From: Bacteroidetes bacterium MED-G17
GTDB lineage: Bacteria > Bacteroidota > Bacteroidia > NS11-12g > UBA9320
Reading direction: 5' to 3'
Assembly: GCA_002457675.1 (NCBI GenBank)
Contig: NTKK01000005.1
Coordinates: forward strand, 87,867 to 151,866
Length of the DNA stretch: 64,000 nt
Within the stretch, counting starts at the first letter, position 1; every line of letters begins with the position of its first letter. Both the position numbers and the translations under genes were made by a program. Shown piece after piece: positions 17,912-28,652 of the stretch. The notes beneath the pieces were generated by a model. It saw only the letters and a list, made by a program, of their open reading frames with translations. It searched no databases and had not been told where the DNA came from.

Positions 17912-19816
17912 ATGTCTCGATTTGTGGCGAAAAGTCTTGATGGATATAAAAAACTGTATGATGAATCTATAAACAGTCCTGAAACTTTTTGGGCTGAATT
18001 TTCTAAAAATGAGTTTTCCTGGATTCGGCATTGGGATTCTGTATTCACCTTTGACTGGTCAAAAGCAAAGTTTTCTTGGTTTGCCGGTGCAAAGGTTAAT
18101 ATAACTCAGAATTGTATCGATCGGCACTTAGAAAAAAATGGGCAGAAAACAGCTATACTCTTTGAGCCGGACGACCCGAACGAAAAAAGTCAACATATTA
18201 GTTATCAAAATCTCTTCGAGGAAGTTAATAAAACTGCCAATATGTTAAAGTCAATGGGCGCAAAAAAAGGAGACCGAATTTGCCTTTACATGCCTATGAT
18301 TCCCGAATTGGCCTTTTCTGTATTGGCTTGTGCAAAAATTGGGGCTATACATTCTGTTGTATTCGCTGGTTTTAGCAGCAAAAGTCTTTCCAACAGGATA
18401 AACGACGCAAAATGTCGATTTTTGATAACTTCTGATGGCGGATTAAGAGGTGAAAAAATCACCCCATTAAAGAAGATTGCAGATCAAGCCTTAGAACTAT
18501 GTCCTAGCATCGAAAAAGTTGTTGTCGTTAGAAGAGCAAAAAACGAAATCACCATGAAGGCTGGTCGTGATTTTTGGTGGGATGCTTTGATTGAAAATCA
18601 GAGCAAAGAATGTCAAGTAGAAATTATGGATGCAGAAGACCCACTATTTATTTTATATACTTCAGGAAGTACAGGCAAACCTAAAGGTATGGTTCATAGC
18701 TCCGCAGGATACATGGTTTATACCAATTTCTCTTTTCGAAATGTTTTTCAGTACAAACCCAATCAAATTTATTGGTGTACGGCAGACATAGGTTGGATTA
18801 CTGGACATAGTTATATTATTTATGGCCCGTTGAGTGCAGGTGCCACAACCGTTATGTTTGAAGGTGTGCCGAACTACCCAAATCCTGGAAGATTTTGGGA
18901 AATTATTGATAAACACAAAATCAATATTTTTTATACTGCGCCAACCGCAATACGAAGTTTGGCTTCACACGGTCAAAATCAACTTAAAAATAAGCGACTA
19001 TCAACACTAGAAGTTTTAGGAACAGTTGGTGAACCAATAAATGAAGAAGCTTGGCAATGGTATTTTGAGCATATTGGCAAACACAATTGTCCTATTGTTG
19101 ATACCTGGTGGCAAACAGAAACTGGCGGAATTATGATTTCAAACTTGGCTAATGTAACTCCTCATAAAGCCACTTTTGCTACTTTACCCTTGCCCGGCAT
19201 TCAGGTCAACTTGCTAGATAAGGATGGTAGAGAATTAAAGGAAACAGATGCAGAAGGCAATTTATGTATAAAACACCCATGGCCTAGTATGGCCAGGACT
19301 ATATACGGAGATCACCAGCGTTTCATAAATACCTATTTTTCAAGATTCCCCAAACACTATTTTACTGGCGATGGAGCCAAAAGAGATGCTGATGGGAACT
19401 ACAGAATAACTGGCCGAGTTGATGATATCGTTATTGTTAGCGGACACAATTTAGGTACTGCAGAAATTGAAAATATAATCAACCAACACCCAAGTGTTGC
19501 GGAAAGTGCGGTTGTTGGATATCCTCACAAAAAGAAGGGAAATGCTATTTACGCTTTTGTTCAACTCAAAACGCAAGACCAAATCCAAAATTTTAACGCT
19601 GAAATAAATGCGTTGGTTTCAAAAACTTTGGGTCCTATTTGCAAACCTGAAAAAGTTCAAACTTGCTTGGCTCTTCCCAAAACAAGAAGCGGGAAAATAA
19701 TGCGTCGAATTTTAAGAAAAATTGCGTCAAATGACTTGGAGAATTTGGGCGATGTCTCTACATTGTTGAACCCAGCCTGTATTGATGAAATCAAAGAAAA
19801 TAGGATAAATGATTGA
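17912..19816 (+). CDS. acs: Acetyl-CoA synthetase (AMP-forming)
   Basis: 634 aa with YTSGSTGKPKG, WWQTETGG, YFTGDGAKRDADGNYRITGRVDD and C-terminal SGKIMRR. Confidence 0.93.
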   Translation: MSRFVAKSLDGYKKLYDESINSPETFWAEFSKNEFSWIRHWDSVFTFDWSKAKFSWFAGAKVNITQNCIDRHLEKNGQKTAILFEPDDPNEKSQHISYQNLFEEVNKTANMLKSMGAKKGDRICLYMPMIPELAFSVLACAKIGAIHSVVFAGFSSKSLSNRINDAKCRFLITSDGGLRGEKITPLKKIADQALELCPSIEKVVVVRRAKNEITMKAGRDFWWDALIENQSKECQVEIMDAEDPLFILYTSGSTGKPKGMVHSSAGYMVYTNFSFRNVFQYKPNQIYWCTADIGWITGHSYIIYGPLSAGATTVMFEGVPNYPNPGRFWEIIDKHKINIFYTAPTAIRSLASHGQNQLKNKRLSTLEVLGTVGEPINEEAWQWYFEHIGKHNCPIVDTWWQTETGGIMISNLANVTPHKATFATLPLPGIQVNLLDKDGRELKETDAEGNLCIKHPWPSMARTIYGDHQRFINTYFSRFPKHYFTGDGAKRDADGNYRITGRVDDIVIVSGHNLGTAEIENIINQHPSVAESAVVGYPHKKKGNAIYAFVQLKTQDQIQNFNAEINALVSKTLGPICKPEKVQTCLALPKTRSGKIMRRILRKIASNDLENLGDVSTLLNPACIDEIKENRIND

Positions 19817-20162
19817 CCCAAATTTGCTCAAAAGGATGATGATGGGAGAATACGCCCAAAATGAAAAGAAGGAGACCAAAACAACATCAAAAGGAAATAG
19901 TAATAAAATACTAGACCTTCATATTGAAAAAATTCATCCAAAATACAAAAAGTTAAATCCGAATGAATGCCTTGATTTCCAAATAAACTTTCTAAAAAAT
20001 TATTTGTCAGAAATGAGGAAAGTGAATGTAAAATCTATTGAAATAATTTATGGAATTGGAGAGGGTACTTTAAGAAAGAAGGTTGGAATAGTTCTAGAAA
20101 GTACTTTGGGTATAAGAAAATACAGTTTAGGCCCTAGCTCGTCAAAAGTGACTTTTCACTGA
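19809..20162 (+). CDS. Small Smr-domain-like protein
   Basis: 117 aa with LDLHIEKI..ECLDFQINFLKNYLSEMRKVNVKSIEIIYGIGEGTLRKKVGIVLES, which fits the Smr pattern (DLHG..v.iIhGkG.G.Lr). It overlaps the acs end by 8 nt. Confidence 0.5.
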   Translation: MIDPNLLKRMMMGEYAQNEKKETKTTSKGNSNKILDLHIEKIHPKYKKLNPNECLDFQINFLKNYLSEMRKVNVKSIEIIYGIGEGTLRKKVGIVLESTLGIRKYSLGPSSSKVTFH

Positions 20163-20530
20163 TTATGATCGGGATATTGAGTAAGATCCCCATCTCCCCA
20201 AAGGGTTTCCAATCCATAAAATTCTCTTGACTCTTTTAAAAAAATGTGAACGACAACGTTTAAATAATCCAAAACAACCCATTGTCCATTTTCTCCACCT
20301 TCTCTGCTAAAAGGTTTCTCATCTATAGATTCTTTGAGTTCTTTCTCAACACTATCTGCAATAGCTTTAACCTGTGTATTTGAATCTCCATGGCAAATGA
20401 TAAAAAAATCCGAAACCGCAACATCCAAATTTCTTAAATCAATTTTCACCAATGATCTTGCTTTTTTTTCTTTCGCACCGTTGACTGCAATAGTAGCAAT
20501 GGCATCAGATAATGCAACTTTATCACTCAT
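20156..20530 (-). CDS. rsfS: Ribosome silencing factor RsfS (iojap family)
   Basis: KIDLRNLDVAVSDFFIICHGDSNTQVKAIADSVEKEL..WVVLDYLNVVVHIFLKESREFYGLETLWGD. The MSDKVAL start is at ATG 20530. Confidence 0.88.
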   Translation of the reverse strand: MSDKVALSDAIATIAVNGAKEKKARSLVKIDLRNLDVAVSDFFIICHGDSNTQVKAIADSVEKELKESIDEKPFSREGGENGQWVVLDYLNVVVHIFLKESREFYGLETLWGDGDLTQYPDHNQ

Positions 20531-20571
20531 TAATTTTGTTGGTGTATTTTTGCAGGCAAAATAAGAAATCT

Positions 20572-21336
20572 TTGCGGAACTTTTCATCATCTGCCTTATT
20601 CGTTGGACGAAACTACATGTACTTAGAAGAGACATCTTCAACCAATTCGTACGCCCACCGTATTATTCAAAACAATTTGATTACAGACGGCACTCTGGTA
20701 TTTACAGATTTTCAAACAAAAGGTGTAGGACAAAGAGGAAAACCTTGGCAAAGTGAGGCAAGAAAAAATTTATTGGGTTCCTTTATCTTAAAACCCCGGT
20801 TTGACCCTTTGAAAGGTAGCTTCATAAATTTTGCCGCAACTCTTGGCATCTTCGAAGCAATTAATGAATACTTTAGCGGAAGAGTAAAAATTAAATGGCC
20901 AAATGATATTTTGGTAGATAACCTCAAAATCGGAGGAATTCTTATTGAAAACGTTATCGTCAAGGAAAAAATAAAATTTACTGTTGTTGGCATTGGGATC
21001 AATGTAAATCAAACTCAATTTGATGGACTTGAAAATGTAACAAGTTTTTCACTTCTTACAGGTGACCCCGAGAGGAGAGAAGATATAATGAATGAAATTT
21101 CCAACAAATTAGAAGAAAATTACAACAGCTTGCTGGATGGTGAATTAAGCTATTTGAAAAAAAGATTTGAACAAAATCTTAAAGGTATTGAACAAAATAT
21201 CAAATACATTGACAAAAAAACTGGTGAACAATCCACAGGAAAACTCGTAGGTGTTTCTGATGAAGGATCCCTTGTTATAGAAAACGGCAAAGAAGCATTG
21301 CATTTTACGAATGGCGCTATTGAAATAGTTAACTAA
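20572..21336 (+). CDS. birA: Biotin--[acetyl-CoA-carboxylase] ligase (group I, no HTH)
   Basis: LFVGRNYMYLEETSSTNSYA, FQTKGVGQRGKPW and KWPNDILVDNLKIGGILIE. The start is uncertain: ATG 20512 overlaps rsfS, TTG 20572 keeps the conserved LFVG segment, and ATG 20617 would remove it. Confidence 0.85.
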   Translation: MRNFSSSALFVGRNYMYLEETSSTNSYAHRIIQNNLITDGTLVFTDFQTKGVGQRGKPWQSEARKNLLGSFILKPRFDPLKGSFINFAATLGIFEAINEYFSGRVKIKWPNDILVDNLKIGGILIENVIVKEKIKFTVVGIGINVNQTQFDGLENVTSFSLLTGDPERREDIMNEISNKLEENYNSLLDGELSYLKKRFEQNLKGIEQNIKYIDKKTGEQSTGKLVGVSDEGSLVIENGKEALHFTNGAIEIVN

Positions 21337-21341
21337 AAACA

Positions 21342-22055
21342 ATGCTTCTAGGCATAGACGAAGGCAACACGAATATTAAAGTAGCTCAATACTCTATTGC
21401 TGGTAAAATTAATCAGATAAAACAGTTTAAATCTACCGCAGATTTTTTCCAAGAATATTCGAGTATAGATAACCACAAATTTCTAGTGTGTAGCTCACGT
21501 AGCCCATCTTTGTCAGTAATTAAAAGAATTCAAAAAAAGCTTGTTTTTGAGCTGAATGACAAAACCCAAATTCCTTTTTCCAGTAAATATCAAACAAATG
21601 AGCTAGGTGCTGACAGAATTGCAGGCATCTATGGTGCCATGTCTCAATTTTCTGCACCCTTTATTTTGGTGTCTATAGGCACCTGCATAACCTATAATTT
21701 GGTCAATTCAGAAAATGTATTTCTAGGTGGGGGAATAAGCCCTGGAATTGGTTTACGTTTAAGGAGTATGTATGAGTTTACTGGAAGATTACCACAAATA
21801 GACTTTTCCTACGAAAACACAATTTCAAAAGCCCATAACACAAAAAATGCGATGTTAAGTGGAGCCTTAGAAGGTATTTTGCTAGAATTAGATGGGTGGA
21901 TAGAAACCTATCAAAAAGAACATGACCACTTGAAAATAATTTTTACCGGTGGAGATGCACAATTCTTTGAAAAACTTCTTAAAAAGAAGATATTCGTGCG
22001 CCCAAATTTAAATTTTGTTGGACTTTATTCGCTATACAAATTTGATCAAAAATAA
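21342..22055 (+). CDS. coaX: Type III pantothenate kinase
   Basis: MLLGIDEGNTNIKVA, GADRIAG, GTCITYNLV and GGGISPG. Confidence 0.88.
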   Translation: MLLGIDEGNTNIKVAQYSIAGKINQIKQFKSTADFFQEYSSIDNHKFLVCSSRSPSLSVIKRIQKKLVFELNDKTQIPFSSKYQTNELGADRIAGIYGAMSQFSAPFILVSIGTCITYNLVNSENVFLGGGISPGIGLRLRSMYEFTGRLPQIDFSYENTISKAHNTKNAMLSGALEGILLELDGWIETYQKEHDHLKIIFTGGDAQFFEKLLKKKIFVRPNLNFVGLYSLYKFDQK

Positions 22056-23334
22056 AAGTTCCTATGCTTTGATTTTGATATCCTTGTGTATCTCTGTCAA
22101 GTCACAAACAAATGAACGTTCTCCCTACTCTGCTTTTGGTTTAGGGGACAATTTCAACTCTTCATTTATAAGTTATCAAGCAATGGGAAGCACTGGCACC
22201 GCCTTGCAACTTGAGAACAACTTTACATTTCAAAATCCAGCATCATACAGCTCGCTCAAATTTACAAGCCTGCAGATGGGTGCAATAGCTGATATTGGAC
22301 ACTACCAAAATTCCAATCAATCGGCCAAGTTTTCTGCTGCACAATTTTCTTATTTTGCATTGGGTCTTCCAGTTTGGGAAAAGAATAATGGCGCAATTGC
22401 CTTCGGAGCCTCACCAGCTAGTACCATTGGCTATCAAATGAAGGTGCCAGACACAGCGGATATTATTTCTACAACCAAATACCTAGGCGATGGAGGTTTA
22501 TCTAAGCTTGTTTTAGGAGGCTCATTTGAACCTATTAAAAATCTAGCCATCGGTGTAAATTTTAACTACCTTTTTGGTAATATCTCCAAAACTAGAGAAT
22601 TAAGTTTTCCATTTCAGACGAATATTTTTGGTTTTACTCGTTCGGAAAACATAAACTATTCTGGTTGGCAAACAAATCTTGGCGTACAATATTCTATACG
22701 ACAAAAAAACGTGCAACATTGCTTTGGATTTACCTACAATCCCAAAGGGACATTAAGTGGTAAAGGACAAATTTTGACAAGAAATAATAAATACAGTTAT
22801 CAAATTGGTGACGCCCAAACATTAGATACTATATCCCTCAAAAATTTGAGTAGCCTAGAAGAAAAAATACCAGAAAGCCTCTCTATCGGTTATGCCATTG
22901 GGGATGGGGAAAAGTGGTCTTTTTCAGCAGATTATAGTATTTCATTTTGGGAAAAAATCTCCAATGAATACAAAAATGAACAAGGCATTTCAGCTGGTTT
23001 CTTTTTGGTACCAAAACTACGCCCTGGGCTTGGGACCAATTATCTTCAAAGGGTAAAATATAGCTTTGGCGTTTTCAAAAAACAGAGTTTTATTTTCTTG
23101 AATCAAAAGCAAATTGAATCCTATGGCATAAATATTGGTTTAGGATTACCTATGGTTAAAAGAATCAAAAGATATGCTAAAGAAGACTTAACAATTATTT
23201 CTAGACTTCATTTTTCTTTTTCATATAATGAAAGGGGAACAACTGAAAACAATTTGATACGAGAAAACTTTTTCCAATTTGGTTTAGGTGCCAACTTGGG
23301 AGACAAATGGTTTATAAAGAGAAAATATCAATAA
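22042..23334 (+). CDS. Putative outer-membrane beta-barrel protein (function unknown)
   Basis: The track ORF starts at TTG 22015, inside coaX. TTG 22042 gives a clean signal peptide MIKNKSSYALILISLCISVKS|QT. No ATG is available before the signal peptide. The sequence has alternating beta-strand-like, aromatic-rich stretches. Confidence 0.55.
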   Translation: MIKNKSSYALILISLCISVKSQTNERSPYSAFGLGDNFNSSFISYQAMGSTGTALQLENNFTFQNPASYSSLKFTSLQMGAIADIGHYQNSNQSAKFSAAQFSYFALGLPVWEKNNGAIAFGASPASTIGYQMKVPDTADIISTTKYLGDGGLSKLVLGGSFEPIKNLAIGVNFNYLFGNISKTRELSFPFQTNIFGFTRSENINYSGWQTNLGVQYSIRQKNVQHCFGFTYNPKGTLSGKGQILTRNNKYSYQIGDAQTLDTISLKNLSSLEEKIPESLSIGYAIGDGEKWSFSADYSISFWEKISNEYKNEQGISAGFFLVPKLRPGLGTNYLQRVKYSFGVFKKQSFIFLNQKQIESYGINIGLGLPMVKRIKRYAKEDLTIISRLHFSFSYNERGTTENNLIRENFFQFGLGANLGDKWFIKRKYQ

Positions 23335-23342
23335 CAAAACAT

Positions 23343-24701
23343 ATGAAAACACAAAAATTGTCTTTCTTAATCATCTTCTTAACTTTTTATGGTGCGAGTT
23401 ATGGGCAAGATGTCGAAGGCATTCCTAAGGAAGCATGTCAAAATAAATACGGCAAAGATAGTATAGAGACAGTTAAGCAACTTTCTTTATTTAACCAATA
23501 CTTTCAACAGAAAAAATATGCAAATGCCTATCCTTATTGGCAATATCTTTTTGAGCATGCTCCTTGTGTAAAGAAAAGAATAACCTACAATGGCTCTGTA
23601 GTCATAAAAGCTAAAATGGTGGCACTTAAAAAAACCTCCTCAGAGGCATACAAAGCTCGACTTGCTGGTTTGGTGGATACTATTTTACTTGCACATCAAT
23701 ACAGAATTGCGTTTTTTGGAAGAGAAGGATATGTTAAAGGTAAGTGGGCAAATGACTTGGCTAAACTGAGACCTTCAGAAAGGAAGAAAGCCCTTGGTCT
23801 TTTTAAAGAGTCCATAGAATTAGAAGGAGAAAAAACAAACTATAACGTACCCACATGGTACATGCAAGCTGCTACCAAAGAATACAAAAAAGAAAATATA
23901 TCCATTGAAGACCTGATAAAAATATTCGAAACAGTAAGTATTATTAATGAAAAAAACCTTGCAAAAAAGGGAAAATACCTAGCGAAATGGGAGAAAAGCA
24001 GCGCAAATGTTGACGCTTTAATGAAGCCACATTTTACTCCTGAAAAAATTGAATTAATTTTTCGTTCTAAAATTGACACATCAGAAAACAACTTAAAACT
24101 TATAAAAAAAGTTGCTACTTACATGGAATCCGCCAAAGGAGAAGAAACCGACTTCTATTTAGAACTATCAGAAAAAATTGTGCAAGCCGAACCTAGTGCA
24201 GACGGTTTTTTGTCTTTGGCAAAAGCCAAAGAGGCAAGAGATTTACAACAAGAGGCCAAAAAGTATTACCTAATGGCCTTGGATCTTATAGATTCCACAG
24301 TAGAAAAATCGAATGTTTATTACAAGCTGGCAAAATATGAAGCGCAGTCAAAAAATTATAGCAAGTCCAGAAAATATTGTTACGAAGCACTGAAGCTTAA
24401 TGAAAGTATGGGGAAAGCTTATTTATTGATAGGAGATTTATACGTTGGTAGCCGATCTCTATACGCCTCAGACAAGTTGGGAGGTTCCGGGGTTTACATA
24501 GCAGCCGTTAGTAAATATATGCAAGCAAAAAAAGCAAGCCCTGATTTATCTGTCAAAGTGAATGAAAAAATTGGTAGGTATATGGCCTATTATCCTTGCA
24601 AGAAAGACGCATTTTTTAATGGTATAAATAATGGAGATTCATTTCCTCTAGGCGGCTGGATTGGAGAAACAGTTATCGTCAGCACAAAAGATTGTAACTA
24701 A
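23343..24701 (+). CDS. Secreted TPR-like repeat protein
   Basis: Signal peptide MKTQKLSFLIIFLTFYGASYG|QD from ATG 23343. Helical-repeat, TPR-like C-terminal half (AKKYYLMALDLID..YYKLAKYEAQSKNYSKSRKYCYEALKLNE). Confidence 0.6.
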   Translation: MKTQKLSFLIIFLTFYGASYGQDVEGIPKEACQNKYGKDSIETVKQLSLFNQYFQQKKYANAYPYWQYLFEHAPCVKKRITYNGSVVIKAKMVALKKTSSEAYKARLAGLVDTILLAHQYRIAFFGREGYVKGKWANDLAKLRPSERKKALGLFKESIELEGEKTNYNVPTWYMQAATKEYKKENISIEDLIKIFETVSIINEKNLAKKGKYLAKWEKSSANVDALMKPHFTPEKIELIFRSKIDTSENNLKLIKKVATYMESAKGEETDFYLELSEKIVQAEPSADGFLSLAKAKEARDLQQEAKKYYLMALDLIDSTVEKSNVYYKLAKYEAQSKNYSKSRKYCYEALKLNESMGKAYLLIGDLYVGSRSLYASDKLGGSGVYIAAVSKYMQAKKASPDLSVKVNEKIGRYMAYYPCKKDAFFNGINNGDSFPLGGWIGETVIVSTKDCN

Positions 24702-24703
24702 TT

Positions 24704-25276
24704 ATGTGCTTAGGAAGCAGCAAAAATAATCTTCTGCTTTTTGCTGTTATTCCGCTATTTATTATTGGGAGTTGTAAAAAGTCAAATGTTCAAGAATTCA
24801 TTGAAAAATTTGAAATTCCTGACTCCTTCCAAGTAGAAATCGCTCAAAACGTGGAACTACAGTACGCTGATTCGGGGGTTTTAAACGCAAAAATCTTTGC
24901 AGATACAATGAAAAGGTATCCTTTAGTAGATAGCCCTTACTTAGAACTAATTGGGGGCGTAAAGGCAAATTTTTATGATAAAAAAGGTAAATCAGTTATT
25001 AGTTCTCTTCATTCAGAATACGGAAAAAGTCAAGAAGAAAGTCAAATAATTACCGTCCAAGATCAAGTAGTTCTTAACAATATCAAGGATGAAACACTAC
25101 TCACTTCTGAGCTGCATTGGAATCAAAAATCCAAAAAAATTTATACCGATAAATTTGTAACAATAATTCGCAATCAAGATACTATAAATGGCATCGGTCT
25201 TGAAAGCAATGAGACATTTTCTAAGTACAGCATTAAACGTATCAAGGGACAAATTAATCAACGAAATACAAAATGA
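24704..25276 (+). CDS. lptC: LPS export system protein LptC-like lipoprotein
   Basis: Lipobox IIGS|C. The OstA/LptC-like beta-jellyroll pattern is ELQYADSGVLNAKIFADTMKRY..GGVKANFYDKKGK..LTSELHWNQKSKKIYTDKFV. Confidence 0.65.
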   Translation: MCLGSSKNNLLLFAVIPLFIIGSCKKSNVQEFIEKFEIPDSFQVEIAQNVELQYADSGVLNAKIFADTMKRYPLVDSPYLELIGGVKANFYDKKGKSVISSLHSEYGKSQEESQIITVQDQVVLNNIKDETLLTSELHWNQKSKKIYTDKFVTIIRNQDTINGIGLESNETFSKYSIKRIKGQINQRNTK

Positions 25277-25485
25277 AAATCATACGAAGAATTGTAGAAA
25301 TAATGTGGCTTACAGTGGCAGCTGTATCCTTAGTTGAACTTTATCTAGCCGTTTCCCAACAAGGATTTAACAACCAAAAAACTTGGATTTTTTCTCTACT
25401 CTCTGTTGTATCCATTTCTATGTATTTTCTCAGAAAAAGGCAGAGACACAGTTGGGAAAAAAGGCAGAATGAAGCAAAAAATTAA
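25273..25485 (+). CDS. Small two-TM membrane protein, hypothetical
   Basis: 70 aa with two hydrophobic helices and a basic C-terminus. It has an ATGA overlap with the lptC stop. Confidence 0.45.
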   Translation: MKIIRRIVEIMWLTVAAVSLVELYLAVSQQGFNNQKTWIFSLLSVVSISMYFLRKRQRHSWEKRQNEAKN

Positions 25486-26474
25486 AATTTTTGCTTGACT
25501 AAATATTGCCAAACAGTTTCTCCAACTGCCTTTAATGTTTGCTTGTCAATCACACTCATTTTGTCATTTTGTGTATGCCAGTGACTTCCAAAGCCTCGCT
25601 TGGTGGTGGGGTTATAATTTATAATATCAATTATTGGTATCCCCCTTTCATTAAATACATAGACATGGTCATCCGTAACAGGATTGGAACGAAGGTTAAT
25701 AAAATAATTTCCATAGCCCAAATATTGGCCAGTCCGCCATACATCAAGCAGTAAATCATTGGCATACGACGCAGAAAATCCTTCATAAGCGAAAAGTGCA
25801 TTTCTACTTCCTACCATATCTAATAAAATTCCCTTCCGCGCTATGTAATTGGGTGTATGTGGGTTTTTGCTCCAATATTGAGAGCCAAGACACCAAGTGT
25901 CGCTCGCATCCCCATTATGGCTACCAGCGTCTTCAACATCAAAGAATATAATATCAACACCAAATGGTAAGGAAAAAGAATCTATCAATCTTGCCATTTC
26001 TAGTAAAACAGCAACACCGCTTGCACCATCGTCTGCGCCGTCAAAAGGTTTAAATGACCCATCTTCATCTGCAATTGGACGTGTATCCCAATGAGCGCAG
26101 AGCAAAAATCTAGCTTCCATTTCTGGCTTAAAACTTCCAATAATGTTGTAGCAAGGCATCTCCCCGTATGCTTTATTGTAAACAATTGTCTCTTGTGCAT
26201 ACATCTCATCGGCATATTTTTGTAACTCACTGAATAAAAAATCTGCACATTCCTTGTGTGCTGTCGTTCCAGGAATTCTCGGCCCAAAATCAACTTGCTT
26301 CTGAATGTGCTGATAAGCGTTTTCTTCGTTAAATTGAAATGATGATTTGTTGGAAGGAGAAATTTGTTTTTCTTTAACAGATTCAGATGTAATTGTTTTT
26401 TGCTTTTTATCCTTGCAAGATCCAAGGAGGACTAGAAAAAAAACAAACCAAAAAGATATTTTAGGAAATCTCAT
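25482..26474 (-). CDS. M28-family glutaminyl-peptide cyclotransferase-like lipoprotein
   Basis: Lipoprotein signal [19 protein letters not shown]|C from ATG 26474. Motifs: LLCAHWDTRPIADED, DGADDGASGVAVLLEMARL, IIFFDVEDAG, LLDMVG. Confidence 0.75.
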   Translation of the reverse strand: MRFPKISFWFVFFLVLLGSCKDKKQKTITSESVKEKQISPSNKSSFQFNEENAYQHIQKQVDFGPRIPGTTAHKECADFLFSELQKYADEMYAQETIVYNKAYGEMPCYNIIGSFKPEMEARFLLCAHWDTRPIADEDGSFKPFDGADDGASGVAVLLEMARLIDSFSLPFGVDIIFFDVEDAGSHNGDASDTWCLGSQYWSKNPHTPNYIARKGILLDMVGSRNALFAYEGFSASYANDLLLDVWRTGQYLGYGNYFINLRSNPVTDDHVYVFNERGIPIIDIINYNPTTKRGFGSHWHTQNDKMSVIDKQTLKAVGETVWQYLVKQKF

Positions 26475-27960
26475 AGCTCGTTCCACTTTTGGTATCAATT
26501 AATTTTATGCCCTCTTGCTCTAATTCTGTTCTAATTTCATCTGCTAGTGCATAGTTTTTATGCTCTTTTGCATTTTTTCTTATTTCAATCAATATCCCCA
26601 TAATCTCTTTTTCTTTGGAATTTTTTATTTGTTCCAACTCTTTAACTTGCAAACCAAGTAGCTCTCCGAAAAATAATATAAATATTTTTTTTAGTCTTTC
26701 TAAGTCTGTTTCATTGAGCTGCCATTTTCCTATTATGATTTGATTTATCCATTTAGCCGCTTCAAAAAGCAGCGCGAGTACCATGGGTGTGTTCAAATCT
26801 TCAGCAAAAGCATCAAACAGATTTTTTTCCCATTCCTCAAAATTTATTTTGTGCACTGAATTTTCTGCACTTTGTGTTTCATGAATTAATAAATTATAGG
26901 TTTTTACCAACCTATCGTACCCTTTTTCTGCCGCTTTCAATGCTTCATTTGAGAAATCGATTGTACTCCTGTAATGCGCTTGTAAAAGAAAAAATCTAAG
27001 TACCATCGGGTCAAAGGGTTTTTCTAGAAGCGCATTGTTACCTTTATAAAGTTCATTTACCAAAATACCGTTGTTCAAGCTTCGAGCCATTTTTTTTCCA
27101 TTTATGGTAATCATATTGTTATGCAACCAATAATTTACAGGATGTTGTTTGTGCGCTGCTTGACATTGAGCAATCTCACATTCATGATGAGGAAACAGTA
27201 AATCCATACCTCCAAAGTGGATGTCAAACCTTTCACCCAAGTACTTTTTTGACATTGCAGAACATTCTAAATGCCATCCAGGGAAACCATTTCCCCATGG
27301 AGAAGGCCATTGCATGATATGACTTTTATCAGCTTTTTTCCATAAAGCAAAGTCGAAGCTATTTTTCTTTTCATCTTGTCTTTCTAAAGTTCTTCTTTCC
27401 TCTCCTGCTCCGGCAATCATATCTTCTAGTTTTCTTCCTGAAAGCACGCCATAGTTGTATTTTTTATTGTATGCTTCTATATCAAAATAGACGCTACCAT
27501 TTTTTTGGTAAGCCATTCCTTCAGAAATAATTTTTTTAATCATCTCAATCTGTTCAATTATGTGACCAGAAGCAAGTGGCTCTATATCAGGCTTTAGTAT
27601 ACCAAGTTTTGAAATAGCTTGGTCGTATTCATTATAATATTTTTGGGCAATTTCCATAGGTTCAAGTTTCTCTAAATTGGCTTTTTTGCTCAACTTGTCC
27701 TCACCTGAAGCATCTATATCGGCATCATTGGTGAGATGGCCCACATCTGTAATATTTCTTACGTACCTTACCTTAAGTCCTTCATATTTAAACCATCTTA
27801 CCAATAAATCAACCGTAAGTGCTCCTCGTGTATGCCCCAAATGAGGCGAACTATAGACAGTTGGCCCGCACAAATAAATACCAACAAAATCTGCTTGTAT
27901 TGGCCGGAACGGTTCCAAACGCTTGTTGATTGAGTTGTACAACTTTAAATTGTGCTTCAT
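26461..27960 (-). CDS. cysS: Cysteine--tRNA ligase
   Basis: 499 aa with HIGH-type HLGH (SPHLGHTRG), the KMSKS variant KMARSL, and CGPTVY. Confidence 0.93.
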   Translation of the reverse strand: MKHNLKLYNSINKRLEPFRPIQADFVGIYLCGPTVYSSPHLGHTRGALTVDLLVRWFKYEGLKVRYVRNITDVGHLTNDADIDASGEDKLSKKANLEKLEPMEIAQKYYNEYDQAISKLGILKPDIEPLASGHIIEQIEMIKKIISEGMAYQKNGSVYFDIEAYNKKYNYGVLSGRKLEDMIAGAGEERRTLERQDEKKNSFDFALWKKADKSHIMQWPSPWGNGFPGWHLECSAMSKKYLGERFDIHFGGMDLLFPHHECEIAQCQAAHKQHPVNYWLHNNMITINGKKMARSLNNGILVNELYKGNNALLEKPFDPMVLRFFLLQAHYRSTIDFSNEALKAAEKGYDRLVKTYNLLIHETQSAENSVHKINFEEWEKNLFDAFAEDLNTPMVLALLFEAAKWINQIIIGKWQLNETDLERLKKIFILFFGELLGLQVKELEQIKNSKEKEIMGILIEIRKNAKEHKNYALADEIRTELEQEGIKLIDTKSGTSYEIS

Positions 27961-28049
27961 TTTGTTACGAAGTTAATTTTTAAACCTTTTATAAAACAAA
28001 ACAATATGCAAAGACGTGGTTTAAAAAACATTTATAGATTCGCAGTATT

Positions 28050-28652
28050 ATGTCATTTGAATTACCAAAGTTAACTTTTGCATTTGATGCCTTAGAACCG
28101 AACATTGACTCAAAGACCATGGAAATACATCATGGGAAACACCACAATGGGTATGTTACTAAATTGAATGTAGCCATTGAAGGAAGCGATTTGAAAGGAA
28201 AATCATTAGAAGATTTGATGAAAAATCATCACAGTAATCCTGCTGTTCGCAACAATGGAGGTGGGCATTTTAACCATAGCCTATTTTGGCGTACCTTATC
28301 ACCCAATGGAGGTGGAGTGCCAACAGGAGATTTGGGCGAAGCAATCAACAAAAACTTTGGAAGTTTTGAGCATTTTCAACAAACTTTTGCCGAAGCTGCG
28401 GCTACGCGATTTGGTTCAGGTTGGGCTTGGTTATGTGTAAATACCGGTGGAGAATTAGAAGTTTGCTCTACTGCCAATCAAGACAATCCTCTAATGGGCT
28501 TTGGCTGTGAAGGAACACCAATATTGGGTTTAGACGTTTGGGAACATGCATATTATTTAAACTACCAAAACAGAAGACCTGACTACATTGCTGCATTTTG
28601 GAATGTTGTAAATTGGGATGTAGTGGCTAAAAATTACACTTCTGCTAAATAA
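28050..28652 (+). CDS. sodA: Superoxide dismutase (Mn-type signature)
   Basis: [28 protein letters not shown] and DVWEHAYYL. Confidence 0.92.
   Translation: MSFELPKLTFAFDALEPNIDSKTMEIHHGKHHNGYVTKLNVAIEGSDLKGKSLEDLMKNHHSNPAVRNNGGGHFNHSLFWRTLSPNGGGVPTGDLGEAINKNFGSFEHFQQTFAEAAATRFGSGWAWLCVNTGGELEVCSTANQDNPLMGFGCEGTPILGLDVWEHAYYLNYQNRRPDYIAAFWNVVNWDVVAKNYTSAK

Noticed and set aside
20512-20571. The long birA ORF start (ATG 20512), which overlaps the rsfS start by 19 nt.
   Set aside because: The extra N-terminal residues (MQLYHSLILLVYFCRQNKK) look like translated intergenic or antisense sequence. The conserved birA N-terminus begins around LFVGRNY, so a later start (TTG 20572) is more likely. 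It remains uncertain.
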